Shown piece after piece: positions 1 to 13,459 of a stretch of 64,000 nt of DNA. The DNA comes from Camelus dromedarius. Lineage: Eukaryota. The stretch spans positions 12,772,001 through 12,836,000 of the forward strand of contig NC_087436.1 of the NCBI RefSeq assembly GCF_036321535.1, in the 5' to 3' direction. The position numbers were made by a program, and so were the translations under genes. Each line of letters begins with the position of its first letter. The first letter of the stretch is position 1. The notes beneath the pieces are model-generated. The model saw only the letters and a list, made by a program, of their open reading frames with translations. It was not told the origin of the DNA and ran no database searches.

Positions 1-1544
1 TCCAGTTTATTTTTTCCACTTTTAAATGTTTCATGATCATCATTGTTGATAAAGGATAAAATGATTTGCTATGAGTCCCTCCCTGTGAAAAAAGGATTAG
101 CACTAATTTGTTTATTCCTGTGTCTCACCAGCACTTACTCATTGTAATTAATAAGGGCTTGAATCTTTAACGTAGATTCTCTTGAGTAACTCAGCAACAT
201 GGTTTAAATACAGGACATGGTAGGAAGCATCAGCACTGCAGATGGAACGTAAAAGATTTGATTCAAGCATCAGAACTTTCATAAACGTTGTTAATTAAAT
301 TTGGCTATAGAACTATTATGAAATTTCTTTCTCTGGATTTTTTAAAGAAAAGAAAATTTTCTGGGACAAACTATTAATGCTCTCCAGACACCAAATGGTT
401 GAAGGTACCATATGACCTGTCAAAGGATCTGTGACTTCTGATTCTGTTGCCCGTATGCATTATGTTAACTTTCTGAATGTAATCTTCAGGATAAGAGAAA
501 AAAAAAAGCATAGGTTTCTAGTAGAATTTAGCATCCAAGAAACTTTTCCAATACTTGTTTCTAGATATCTGTGCAAGCTAAACTGTAAAGTTGCTGATGC
601 AAGACTCATTTGTATCAGAACCTGCCACAACATAAAATGTACCGAACAAATGTATTAATACTCAGGGGAAAATGTTAAGTGATCGTAATAATGATTCTTG
701 TTAAAGAATTTGATTGCTAACATGCCTTGAATTTAGTTAGACTGGAGAGTCCATTTTTTTGTCTCATAGACAAACCTTTTCAAAATACTTTCTTTCAGCT
801 GTCCACCTGTCCACCTCTCCTTTTCAGCCGCTTTGGGTCCTCCCGGTGTGCAGACAGCAGTTGCTCTGAAACCGTCATGGTAACAAGCACTTACCTGATG
901 ACATAAGGTTAAGACATAAACAATGGAATGAACCTAAGCTTCTGAACACATCCTTGTGAAATGCAAAGATCTTTATCTGTCTTGCCAATGACACTGTCAT
1001 TAACAAGTGAAGTGTCAGGAAAGTTGGGCTAATTACAGCTGCATACAGTTCACATTCTGATCTCATAACATAGCTGTGTCGTTTTATACATGTCTACATC
1101 CATTAAGTATAATCTCCTTCTGAACTGAATAACATCTAAAACACTCCTCAGAAAGAATAAATTATGGTCTGAGAATAAATTGGGTGTTAAGAAGAACTGA
1201 TTCTAAGCAAGCAAATATGTTTCAGTGAATAAATAACATACATGCCTGCATTATTTGGTAAATGTAATATACGTATATGTAGTGTTTTTTTTGTAAACAA
1301 CAGGAAACTTTCAAGAGAAGCAAAAGTCTTAAGTTACTATTTTCCTATCACTGAGAACATTCTGAGTTTTTCAAGCTAACTCATTTATCAATATTGCACA
1401 ATAAATACAAAGAAATAAACTCTTTACATTCTCAAAACAAAGATTATAAAGCTATTACGGCTTTATCACACTTTTCTCTTTGGCATCTATGTCCTCAAAC
1501 AGAACATTTTGTTTCTGGGAGCACAAAACTGTTGAAGGAGCAAG

Positions 1545-1745
1545 GACTTGACAGTCTGGGAGACCTGGATTTAATTCCCAGTTTAGCCATCTCTTCTCGG
1601 GCAAGTTACTGAACCTCTCTGTCTCTGTCCCTCTTGTAAAATGAGCATGATAACTACTTTGCAGGAGAGTTGTAAAGACGAAAGACCTATAAGGAGGCTG
1701 CCTCATACCACAGCAGATGTAACACAGTAGTTGCTGCTCAGTTAA
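1545..1745 (+). mobile_element. MIR SINE
   Basis: gggcaagttactgaacctctct...tgtaaaatgag core. Confidence 0.65.
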
Positions 1746-3082
1746 TTTTCCTCTTCCTTTCCCAAGTGACTGGTTCAGAAACCACGTGCATCTTGAACTG
1801 AATTCCTAGCTGCCAACGATTCAAAGTGAAAAAACATTGTAGCTGATTCATAGTCTAAAATCTGAAATGGATCTTTAAAAGCCCCTAGTATCTCAATGAT
1901 TTGAAACAACAGTATTTCAGTAGGTCCAATAAAGTTATCTTAGAATTTGTTGTATTTTATGACCCAATTAGCTTCACCTTTAAATGTATATACAAGTTTA
2001 AAATCAAGATGCTCGTAGAATAAAAATATAACTGAAACGCTGAATGCAGGTATTTAATGTAACCAAAAACCTGGCAGTACCATGAAGTCAGCAAAGTAAA
2101 CACTGGAAAGAGATAGCTGGCCTTGTTGACTCCGTTAAACACGTCAAAGAACTGCATCTAAAAATATTTGAAAAATCTGCTTATTTTCCATCTGTTATAT
2201 TTCTCAGAGGAGAACTGCAAGTTCATGTGAAAGTTCACTGTAAGTTCAAGTATGTCATATCAGGTCATTTACAGGGTAAGAGTTCACTGGGAGTTTATTA
2301 TTATTTTTTAAAGACCGAAGTGGAAAAAGAATAAACATACTAATTGCAGCTATGTTATTTTGCATTATGATCACTGCATTTTTGAGCTTCATAAATTAAA
2401 ATTATAAATTCTAAAAGGCCATGTGCAACGCATAATGGCAACAACAGGAATTACAAGGAAGATGCCTAAGACAGTTGTCATATTTTACATTGTACTGAGT
2501 AATTTGTTTAAACTACATATTTAAAAATAGTAATATAGAGATACAGAAAAGAAGAGAGAAGCACCAGAGATAATAAATGAATGTCATTTCATTATTTAGC
2601 TGAATAGAGATGATCTTTAACTTGCAATTGCTGAGAATGCTATTGAGGAACACCACAGGAAACCAGAGAAGTATGTTTCATTTGGAACAAAATTACTAAG
2701 TCATTGAAAAAAAATCTAAATCGAACAGCTATTAGTCAATATTATTTGAATTACTACACAACATTGTACCTCAATAAAAAAAATTTTTTAATAAATCTTT
2801 GGGTAAAACCTTCACATTTTTTAGAATGTTTAGAACAACAATTTTCAAGGAAAATAACAGTGAACGTGTATTAAAATTTAGGACATAACTTCTGGGTTCA
2901 CAGATTAAAAACATTTTCTTTCTATAAAGTACTGGTAATCAAGAGTTCAGCAAAGGATTCTAAATGGATTGAGTAAGGGTGCAGCCCACTGATTCTCAGT
3001 TTCTCCTGTCAAATGCGTGGCCTCAGCTTCACAGTAGAACTTTAAATCTATAACTTGCTTCTTAAATTGAAAAGCACATCAT

Positions 3083-3222
3083 AGGGAGGGTATAGCTCAG
3101 TGTAGCGTGTGCCTAGCACGCATGAGGTCCTGGGTTTGATCCCCAGTACCTCCATTAAACAAACAAATACCTAATTGCCTCACCTGCCAAAAATTAAACA
3201 TTTAAAAAAAATTATAAAAAAA
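3083..3222 (+). mobile_element. tRNA-derived SINE (camelid Vic-1-like)
   Basis: gggagggtatagctcagtg A box, gggtttgatcccc B box, A-rich tail, imperfect TSD gaaaagcacatc/gaaaaacacacc. Confidence 0.85.
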
Positions 3223-4523
3223 GAAAAACACACCTGTTTCTCTCCAGAATGACTATAGTCTCTTCATGATATATTGTCAATTGGTTTCAAGGGATCATAG
3301 TATTTATTCATTCAGTCACTCAATACATGTGAATTCAGTACTTGCTATTTACAAGATGCTATGCTAAGGATTATAAAAGACACAGAAATTAATTGGACAA
3401 AAGTTTCATTTTCAAGAAGCCTACAACCCAGTAGAAGAAATATGAAATAAAAAGAATACATAAATAAGTAAATAATACAGGGTTGAAATCATTTAGGGCC
3501 ATTTGAGAGAGGTCAGTGAATGATTGAGAAGTGCTTAGAAGACACTGTTTCCAGTCAGCAGGATAATCTTGGAGTTAATTACTAGCTGAATACCTAATTA
3601 AGACGCTATTTTCTTATGTCAAATTGTTAAACATGAATTAAGAGCAAACTTATAAAAAAAAAACTCTTTACCACTTCATTCCAAGAACTTTCTAACACAT
3701 GCCATTAATCACATCACAGAACTGTCAAGTTATTTCTACACTTTGCTTTGAAAAGATGGTCCTGGAGTTGGAAACAATTATACTTTTGTTTGTTAAAAAT
3801 TTCTAGAAAGAGATAGAGAGAGAATACAACATTTAAAAACAAAACCCTTTTAGTCACTGACCTGGAATTTCAGCAATAGAGACTTGAGAAAAGTCACAAG
3901 TTACATCAGGTACCAGGCAATGTTGCGGGTCACCAATTTCATACAATATCACCAATTTCATACAATAGCTCTTCAGCCGCTGCACCAGAGGAGACTAATC
4001 CCCATGTCAGGGCTCGGATAGGATGAGCTGTCTGTCAGGGAAACATTGTAGTATGGGAAATCCTGCGCTGTGCCTAGGCGAAGAACAGGGAAGTCTATGG
4101 TTTAGAGATGTCAGGGGGAAAATCCAAGGGAAAGAGACTGCATTATACCAAAAGATACTTCTGATGAATGACAATTATCCAGAACTCACTGCGCATTTTG
4201 TATACTCTATTTTTATATTTAATTTTATAACTTTTAAAATCACACAGTGATTTATTAATGTGTATTAAGTACTAAATACAGACGATACCTGGGGGCCAAA
4301 GAGAAAGAAATCGTATTGAGAGGAATGGATGAATATTTAGTATAGAAATTCAGAGACTGTTTTTCAAAAGGTTTGGAAATGGTATCCGGGTCCCCTTGAT
4401 GTGAGAGTGATGAGAACCCCAGCTGATGGAACATGACAGTCCGGGATAAGAAGTCAGAGAGAGTGGGCCTGCAGGAGCTGTGATGGCTAAAAGCACCTAC
4501 ACACCATGAGAATCCTGCCCAAC

Positions 4524-4996
4524 TGTAAGGACCCTGTGGGGTCTTCCAGGGTCAGACCCCTCCCCCACATCCTCTGCTGCAGCTCCTCTCTGAAGTACCC
4601 AGATAACAGTATCTCATGTGTATTTTCTGAGCTTTTCAGATGTTAAAAACCACCACCAAATGGTAGAAATTAACTACTTGATGATCGAGAGCTCGTGGCC
4701 CCCAGACCTTCTGGTGCCCAGGTTTGGACAGTGTTGACCGCCCTGTTCCCTCCACATCAACCAATCAGAGGATTGTGCATGAGCTGATCACGTACCCTGT
4801 GACCTCCCCCCCAACTCCCTTACCTGGCTTTTAAATATACTTTGCTGAAGCCCTTCAAGGAGTTTGGGGTTTTCTTGGGCATGAGCTGCCCTGCCCTCCT
4901 TGCTCAGCCCTGCACTAAACCCTTCTCTACCCCAAACTCCGACGTTCTGGTTTGGCCTCACTGTGCATCAGACACATGAACTTGTGTTCAGTAACA
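4524..4996 (+). mobile_element. Solo LTR (ERV1-like)
   Basis: TG...CA termini; homologous to 16059-16533 and 23650-23915 in the opposite orientation. Confidence 0.8.
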
Positions 4997-5517
4997 ATCA
5001 GATTTCTCTGGTCAGGAAGCTTCACTCCATTGGTGACCGGCTGAGTTTCTCCTCCCTCCTCTTACTGCTTGTTATAAATCCAAGCAGGTGAGACTTGGGC
5101 CACAGCTTTCAAAGAGCCTTTAATTTATAAAATTGACCTTTTGTTCACTAAGAAATATAAGATAGTTAAAAAAAAAAAGAAAAAGAAAAAGGAGAAATAG
5201 AGGGTAACTTAGAGATGTCACCTTTAACCCTAGTTTGGTGCTAAAATGGCCATTTAGTAAAGTTCAATATTAAACACGATCTTTTTGAATAATAAGGAAA
5301 AGACTCCTCTTTGATTCTGGGAGAAAAAAGAGCATTTCATTATGGTAGACCATAATATAACCTTAAAAGTAAAAGTGACAAGGTCATAAATACAAAAATA
5401 ATGAAAGCTAATGCACTTTATTTCAATATTTCTAAAATGTACTGAAGGACAATAAAATAAGCTTGTTCTAAAAACAAGATCTTTTGATGGAAAACAAACC
5501 ACCTTCTCAGATGGAAA

Positions 5518-6063
5518 TGTTAGGTAGTTAGATAAGTGGGGGCACCGGGCAATAAGGTGGAGGAGCGGGAGGAGGGTCCTGAAGATGGTGTTATGCCTGC
5601 CTTCAGCTTAAAGGGGCTTTACTTCCACTAAATGAGCGCCAGCAAGAAACTGATGGCCGCAACTCCATGGTAGCAACAAGGACCTAACCAGACATGACCC
5701 AATGCTCACTGAAATATAATTAGCATTATGGTTTAGGCTTCCCACCCTCATGGTTTTTTCTGTGTGCGTCACGGGTAAGGACATGCACAAAGGGGACAAA
5801 CATGACTAAGCACTTCAGGGGCAAGAGCTGTCAATCAATCAAGAGACCCCCTCTAGGCAAAGGGATAAGAGAAGGGGGCAAAGATCATTGCTACCCTCCC
5901 TTGGATCAGCCTGCCTGCTGTTCTTGGAGGTGCAATTTTGCGCCACTAATTGAATCTTTAAATTCTTTTCACTGCACGACACTTATGTCTCCCGTCTGAA
6001 TTCTTATCTTTCAGGCAAGACAAAAACCAAGGTTTTTTTTTTTCTTCCCCTTTTGGGGTAATA
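5518..6063 (+). mobile_element. Solo LTR (ERV-like)
   Basis: tgttaggtagttagat start, LTR-like U3/R/U5 composition, ggtaata end. Confidence 0.6.
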
Positions 6064-8668
6064 TAAAGACATTATAATGTCAGTTCTACCAAATTTATAC
6101 ACTCAAAAGAAAACCAACTGGAATCATCTTCTTTAGATAAAAGAATACTGAGTTTCACGTGGAAGAATAAATGCCAGAGAACAGCAAAGCACTTTTTTAA
6201 AAGGTGAGGGCAGTGAGGAAGGACGTGGCTCATCAGATTGTAGAACATGTTATCTTGTACCCGTATGAGACTGTTGCTATATGCATTTGCAGCCACATAT
6301 GATTATCTGAGGATTAATAAAACGTATGAAAGAATGTATGTTAGAACAGTTAACGTGAGTACATGGGCAGAAGTGGTGCTGACAGCAAGAGAGAGAAAGT
6401 GAGTGGGAAAAAGGAGTCAAACAAAACATTTTTAAAAGCTGCGTTAAAGAGAGCATGTAGGATAAAACCACATTTACTCACTTATGATAAATATTTTGTT
6501 TGTGTGTGTGTATCTCTAGATCTACCTACCTAGAGAGATAAATGTTTTAACTATTAGAGAAGAAAGAAGGACAATTCTGAGTAAGAAGGAAGCATGAGAA
6601 AATGACTTGAGAAGTGGCTTGCAGTGCGGGCGGGGGCAGACCACGGGCTGAGCTGTCTTCCTTGACCATTTGATCTCTTGCTCTTTAGCACTCTCTAATC
6701 ACAGCTTCCCATCTCAGAATATATCCTCTTCCTCCCACTATCTCTGAATTTAAACTCTACTCTCCCACGATCCATCTTTGCCCTGGCCCTCCCTTCCCTG
6801 GGCTGCACACTCCACGCCATCCATCCACTCCCATGGCTTTGACACTCAGCTCCCACTGAATGCCAAGTAAATCTCTGTGTCTTTTCCTCACATCCCCTCA
6901 AGCTACGTTCCATTGCTTGTATGTCCCACAGTTATCAAAACCTAAATGAAATGCTGCTTCCACCTCCTGTTACTACCATTTTTGCAACTATTACTACCAT
7001 TACCATCACTGCGAAGTGCGGTGGTGTTACTACCACCATTATTACTGTCTCCACTGGGTATCCTTTTTTTTAGTGTTTACCGTGTGGCAGGCAATGGACT
7101 CACTCTTGCCAACAGCAACCCATTTATTGTAATCTTTACAGCAACCCTATAAGTAGGTATCATTATCCATATTTTATACCAGAGGAACTCATACCACCAT
7201 AATGGAGTGGTGCAACACCCTTGTGGATCAAATCAAAGCATGCCTCTATTCCTGGGTTAATGCAATCTACCACCTTTTATTAGTCTACAAATATCTGATG
7301 AACACTGAATTGCAAAACAATAAAAGTGATCATTTTACTAAATGCTTACTATATATATTTTGGTGCTAAGTGCTTTACATTTATTATTTTATTCACTCCC
7401 CCTTTCATAATAACCCTATGAAAGCAGACATTACTATTAGCAAATACTCTTCCAAGTCCCTTATTGTATTGGGGCCTTCCTGAAAACAAGTTTGATGTCT
7501 TCTGTACTGAGGGCTCCCAATACCAGTCTTTGGCAGGTGCCCCCTCAGTGATCACTCTACAGAGCTGAATGGGTGTAATGATTTAATAACAGTTAAAACT
7601 GGAAGAATTTATCTTTAAAAAAAATTAGTTTTAAAAAGACACCAAGATTTAGTTATAAGGATATCCACTGTAGCTTATTTAAAATAGAAAAGAAAAATTG
7701 GGACCAACATATATGTCTACTTAAAGACTGGTCCTATCATTTGTACCATACACTAGTATAAAATTTACTGCCATTAAAAATGATGATTTGAAAAATATTT
7801 AATGATATTCCTGCTCCAAGTATGTAATTTAAAAAATAAGGTTCTTAGTATTCATGGTACAATCTCATTCTTGGTTGAGATACATATGTTAACATTTCCA
7901 TGTGTATAGTCCGTAGTGTAGTGGTCACCACAAGGAAATGTGATGGACGTCCCCCCGCATCCCCTACCATCTGAATTTGGTTCAGATGCAGAGACTGATG
8001 ATAGCGAGGCTCTCTGGGGAAGCGCGGTCTCCTAGCAGACCTCAATAGCTGGAGAGAGCAAGGAAAACAGACTGGCTTGCACTTTACTGCAATTCAGGGG
8101 TCACCACCCCACCCACATCCTTCAGGACACTCAACATTTACTAAGCACCAATGAGGCACAAGGATGCTCACGGGAGCCAGGGACACAGAGGTGGAGGGAG
8201 CTTCTGGACATGCCATTGAGCTGGGGGACCACGAGCCCCAGGAGTGAGGTGAGTGCTGCAGGAATGCAGAGGAGGAGCAGGAGGCAGAATCCCCACTAGA
8301 CTTTGTAAAAGGTGTGCTTAAGCAGAGGGAGAAATGGGTAGAGTACTTGTGTAAGGTTGTGATCAATGGAACAGCACTGAAACCAACCACAGTCTTTCCA
8401 CAAAACACACCTTTGCTGCTCCAAAAACTGTTCTCAGCTTCTCAGTCTAAATCCCTTCCAGTTTGCTGTGATCGGGGTCCACTGTGGACAGCCCCGTGAC
8501 AGACACCAGGCATTCAGGGGGTAGGAAGTGGGATCCTTGGCTTACAAGGAACTCAGCGCACAGGGAGGCAGACGGAGCCTCCCCTCACGTTCCCCTCATG
8601 GATGCGGATGCACTTTCCGCTCCTCGGGGCTGCCACAGATTTTACTCACCTGTGCTGTCCCCCCACCA

Positions 8669-8699
8669 CCCGCCCCGCCCCGCCCCGCCCCGCCCCGCC
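8669..8699. repeat. (CCCCG)6 tandem GC-box array
   Basis: Directly visible; TATAAA at 8730-8735. Confidence 0.9.
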
Positions 8700-9545
8700 T
8701 GCAGCACACACCTGTGCCTCACAGCGCTCTATAAAGCAACTGGCGTTTCAAGTTCACGGAGCCCCCAACCTCCCAACCTCTCACAACCAGTGATTTTTCA
8801 TCCCCATGGGTTAGAGCTGAAATCCTTTTTCTGTGCTGCTGTGGGTTTAGATACACCACCATATCACAGCTACAGCTGTCAGAGAATTTTTCTGCATCCT
8901 TTACTCTGGGCCTATTGTGTGGTCTGGGAGGTTCAAAACTATGGTGGTTGCTGAGAAATTTCTTTCGATACTCCTAAGAGTTTGTGCTGCTACCTGGGCA
9001 CCCTGGGAGAAAAGCTTTCAAGATGATCAACTCTTTGAAGCAACATGCATCCACCTACACCTGGAAGGAAGGAAGGATAGAAGAGAGAAGACGAGGGAGG
9101 AGTAAAGTGAAAAATGAGAGGGAAGACCTCATCCAAGGCACGCATCCATGCTTTCAACGGTGTCTGGAAATTTCTTCCCGCTCTCCATATCCAGGATAGC
9201 TGACCCTTGCAGAGTCTCCTTCTATAACTATTTTGCAAAAAAAGGTTTTAAATCTTTATTCACATAACACTTACTTTTCATCATACATGCTAAAACAATA
9301 AAAAAAATTGTAATATGCAAGTAGAAGCCTATACATTTCATTATTGGAATGAGTAAACTAGTATGTATTGAAAAAGGTATTCTGTTTCAGGGACTTTTCC
9401 TACAATGTTTCATATAGGCAGCTATCACAGCCCCCATTGGATAGATGAGAAACCTGAACCAAAGAGGGGCTGAGGAAGCCTAGGGGCGAGGTATGCAGGT
9501 TCTGGACCCTGGGCAACCCTCCTGGCTTCTCTGAGCTCCTGCCTC

Positions 9546-9640
9546 TATTTTATTTATTTTTTTAATGGAGATACTGGGGATTTAACCCAGGACCTCATGC
9601 CTGCTAAGCAGCTGCTCTACCACTGACTTATACCCTCCCT
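9546..9640 (-). mobile_element. tRNA-derived SINE (Vic-1-like)
   Basis: Reverse complement of the same head and tail. Confidence 0.85.
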
Positions 9641-11917
9641 CTCTGCCTCTTTAAAGTAAGACACCATAATATCTGTCTCACAGGACTGTTGTAAATACAC
9701 ACAGGATCCCTTCTCGTTCTTGCAAAGTGATTTACCAAATCTGAAAGGTTCCACCGCAATTTATCTCCAGTAAAGAACCACGCTTCCTATACTCAAAGTT
9801 AAGAATAAAAGTTGCCAATACATGTCCCTAAAAGACCTGCGTTTTGCTTTGGCATTTCCCACCCCCCCCCCATAATCATTAGGTTCACGTACATGTCCGG
9901 GGACTCCCGATGCAGGCACATCTTCCCAGGCTAAGCCCCGAAGCGCCGGGCAGAACGTGCTTACACGGTGATCCCTACGCCTCCCCCAAACAGGCTCAGG
10001 CTAGAGTTACGGAAAGCAGGACAAACAGCCTGAAAACTGTGCGACCCCCGCAGCGCTGGAGCTGCTTAGAGATGGTCATTCACGTGTAACCACCTCGCAG
10101 GGTCTCCGGGCTGCCGAGGACACTTCCTGTTACTCTGACGCCCGACCACAGCCCCGAGCCGCACCAAAGCCAAAACGTGACTTCACCACCAAGGGCCAGA
10201 GCTAGGACTGCCCAACTGGTAAGTCCCTGGTACGGAATCTGGTGTCATACATGATGATACAAAAATGCACATGATATAGAACACAGCAGAGCATGTTATA
10301 CATCATGACAGGTACGTTTTACGCTGTGTCAGTTACCAGTGCAACAGCGGGTGGTTAGAGTTCAGGCTATTAAAGGTCAGATGTTGATATTCCTCAGCGG
10401 AGACCTGCTTCTCAGGGTATTACTGTTTCCATCTTTGTTTTCTATAAACACATTAAATACATTTAAATCTCCCTAGGGGTATTTTCCTTTGCAGAAAAAA
10501 CAGGTCTATGGTTTAATTCTCTTGGATAAGATTCAGCATGTTTGTCATCACAATGGGATCATTAGAGCAGAAGTCTCTCTCTTGCTAACGTGACATCATA
10601 TTTAAAATAGACCAACAGATCGTTATGGCAGCAAATTCATTCACAGTAGTTACTTCTTTGGTAATGTACAAATAAGAACCTCTTTTTAGAGGAAGGATAC
10701 AGATGAGCTAAAAATACACTATCTACACAGACACAGGATGGCTCTCAAAGGTTCTCTCCACAGCTGTTTTCACAAATCATAAATCTAACCCTGCAGATAG
10801 TACATTGCGCAGGCCTGGCTCCAGGAAGAGAAGCTAATTAGCAGATCTGTTCTGTTTACACTCAAACAAATGAGTCTATGGTTTTTCTGTGGGTTCCTGA
10901 CAGCTCATACCAATATTACAAATATACAAGGACCTGCAAAAATATTTGCATTTCACAAGTGGGATTTTACCCCTTTTGCATTTCACTGGGAGCCAAACTC
11001 AGATGGTACTAAGGAAGGAATGTCATGGAAAGTATGATGCTTGCCTGAAACATTTAGCTTTTCACATAAAGTGTTAATGAAAGAATTTGTTAATGTCATC
11101 TCCTTTCTGGTTGTGACACAGAAAGTGTCACTCGCAGCAAAATCTGTCCACAGGAGCAAAATGATGGTAAGATTAGAAAGATACTGACTTGTGCTAAGAA
11201 ACTTCACGTTTTGTAAGAAGCACAGTTTCAGTTTAATCTGCCGCGTCCCAAGAAGGGTCCAGAGTCATTTTAAACACTGCCTTCAATGAATATCAATAAA
11301 TCTTTCACACCACACATACGTGGTTTATGACATAAACGGATGGCCAGTCTGGGCAGCTGACACAGCAGGTTTTATAGCCTAACAGATCAGAAAGGGCTCA
11401 ATCCAGAGCTCAGTCTTTAGAGTTAGACCAAAAACCAATGATTTGACCAAATTAAATGATCATAGTTGTTTACCACATGATCTAATAGCTTCTTGCTTAG
11501 AAGGTGTCACATAAACGCCTGTCACATCTCCTGTGACATCAACTCTGGTGACAACTGCTATTTTCAAATCAATGCCAGCCCTCCTGGCCACCTTGTCAAA
11601 GGCAGGAGCACACGCTGGAGGACTGGTACCCCCAGCACTGCGGATCACATGCACACCTGCCAGAAAAGAAACACCATGGCGACCACTCTGACGTGACCAT
11701 CACCAATTTACACTCAGTGAACTGCTTTCTTTTCCCATTGTTGTTGGGTTGTTTTTTTTTTTGGTTATGTTTTTGTTTTTCCTTTTAGCAGCAACCACAC
11801 CAAAGGCAATGGCATCCCTGGAGAATATTTAAGTGGCTACAGCCACTTCTGGTGTTTATGCTCCTCAGGTGCGTGGCTAGTAACAGATGTAAATGGAGGT
11901 ACAATCGTTAGGTCTTT

Positions 11918-12163
11918 TTGTTGTACTTGTTAACTGAAGTACAGTCAATTACAGTGTGTCAATTTCTGGTGTACAGCACAGTGTCCCAGTCATGCATATA
12001 CATACATATATTCATTTTCATATTTTTTCCATTAAAGGTTACTACAAGATATTGAATATCGTTCCCTGTGCTGTACAGAAGAAATCTGGTTTTTCATCTG
12101 TTTTTATATACAGTGGTTAACATTTGCAAATCTCAAACTCCCAAATTTATCCCTTCCTACCCC
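11918..12163 (-). mobile_element. L1 3' end fragment (camelid lineage)
   Basis: Matches the other L1 3' UTR copies; TSD acaatcgttaggtctt/acaactgttaggtctt. Confidence 0.88.
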
Positions 12164-13459
12164 ACAACTGTTAGGTCTTAAGAAAAATATCTGTGGACTA
12201 TTAAAGCAATGATTAGTTTCAATCTTTGAAATTCTCTGGATTTTCTAAATAATCCTCTAGAGAGGATTGATCCAATCAGTTACCTTTCAGAAACTCTGAC
12301 TTTTAATTCAATCTCTGACAGTGATTTGCTGAGACAGGCCAGGTATAGTACTACGGAGTGCTTGAGCCAGAGAAGCAAACAAAATTCCAGCATTCTGAAG
12401 AAGACAGGACTTAAGTGATCACCTAATTCACTAGTTCTTATCTTTCTAAGGCTCATGATCCTTTGTGGGGTCTGATAAAAGCTGTGGCTCCTCTCCTTAG
12501 GGGAGAACAACATATTTTGTTTATACTTTCAGAGGAATCTCAGATTCCCTGAAGCCCATCCTTGGATACTGGATTAAGAAACCTTGACCTCATCCAGTCA
12601 CCTCGTTTACAGATGAAGAAGTTAAGGTGCAGAGAGGCTGAGCGCCTCGGCCAGGGCCGGGCAGCTGGTTAGGGACACAGGCAGGAGGAAGCCTCGCTCT
12701 TCCCACTCCTTGTCTGCAGTGTCTCAGGGTCAGACTCCATGTGGACCTGTGTGTGGGGTTAAGGACAAGGGCCATCAGGCAGTGTCTGCAAAGATTGGCG
12801 GGCTCTGCTGACCGCTCCTATTAACCGTCCAAAGAATGATTGGTGAGTCTATGTGATTAGAATTTAAACCCCCTCGTCCTCTTTCTAACCAAGTATGATT
12901 CTTTCTATGTTTTCACTCTGCTCAACCCACTCAGGTACATCTGAACCCACCCCGTCCTCCTCCCACCCTCGTCCACCCACCAACACTTTCTTAAAACACC
13001 CTCCACACTCCCCAGGTTCTTCCCCTGTCTCTGCACTGTTCACCCTTCGCCTCCCCTGCATTTTACATCCTTCTCCAAGTCTCTCCTCTCCCCAGGGGTT
13101 CCCTACAGCTCAATCCTACCCTCCTTAATATCCATTCTCACTCTTTCACATAGAAATCCTTCTCAATACTGGCTTCAACTGTTACTCCCTTTGAATGGAA
13201 GTTCCTCCCCCATCCTGCCTCCCGTCCACCCTCTCCTCTAAGAAGCGCTAGTGTCTTGGTCCTTGTTTATACTGTGATGTCTGGCTCTCGGCCACGTAGC
13301 CAGATTCATGGACAATTTATAATTCCAAAATGAAAGACAATATACAAATAACAAACTTACCACCAATACCTGCGGTTCATAAGAAGTTTTGGTACGTCTG
13401 ACACCTTGCTTTCTTTTTGCCTTTTTCTCCGGAACTGATTTTTTTTTAAGGGGGATATA

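Noticed and set aside
3083..3160. tRNA-like sequences at the SINE heads
   Set aside because: Five diverged copies with A-rich tails and TSDs are SINEs, not tRNA genes
10700..11656. Somatomedin-B-like Cys spacing (CACDPQC; CENSCGE...CVC) in alternative frames
   Set aside because: These frames are full of stops and inconsistent with the exon phases; TG-rich sequence yields Cys by chance. Not fully excluded
12284..12394. Signal-peptide-like frame MLEFCLLLWLKHSVVLYLACLSKSLS as the start of a live gene
   Set aside because: Splicing to the next block gives CACDPQC... and a stop within ~20 codons; the phase-1 lectin-like frame fits the neighbours better
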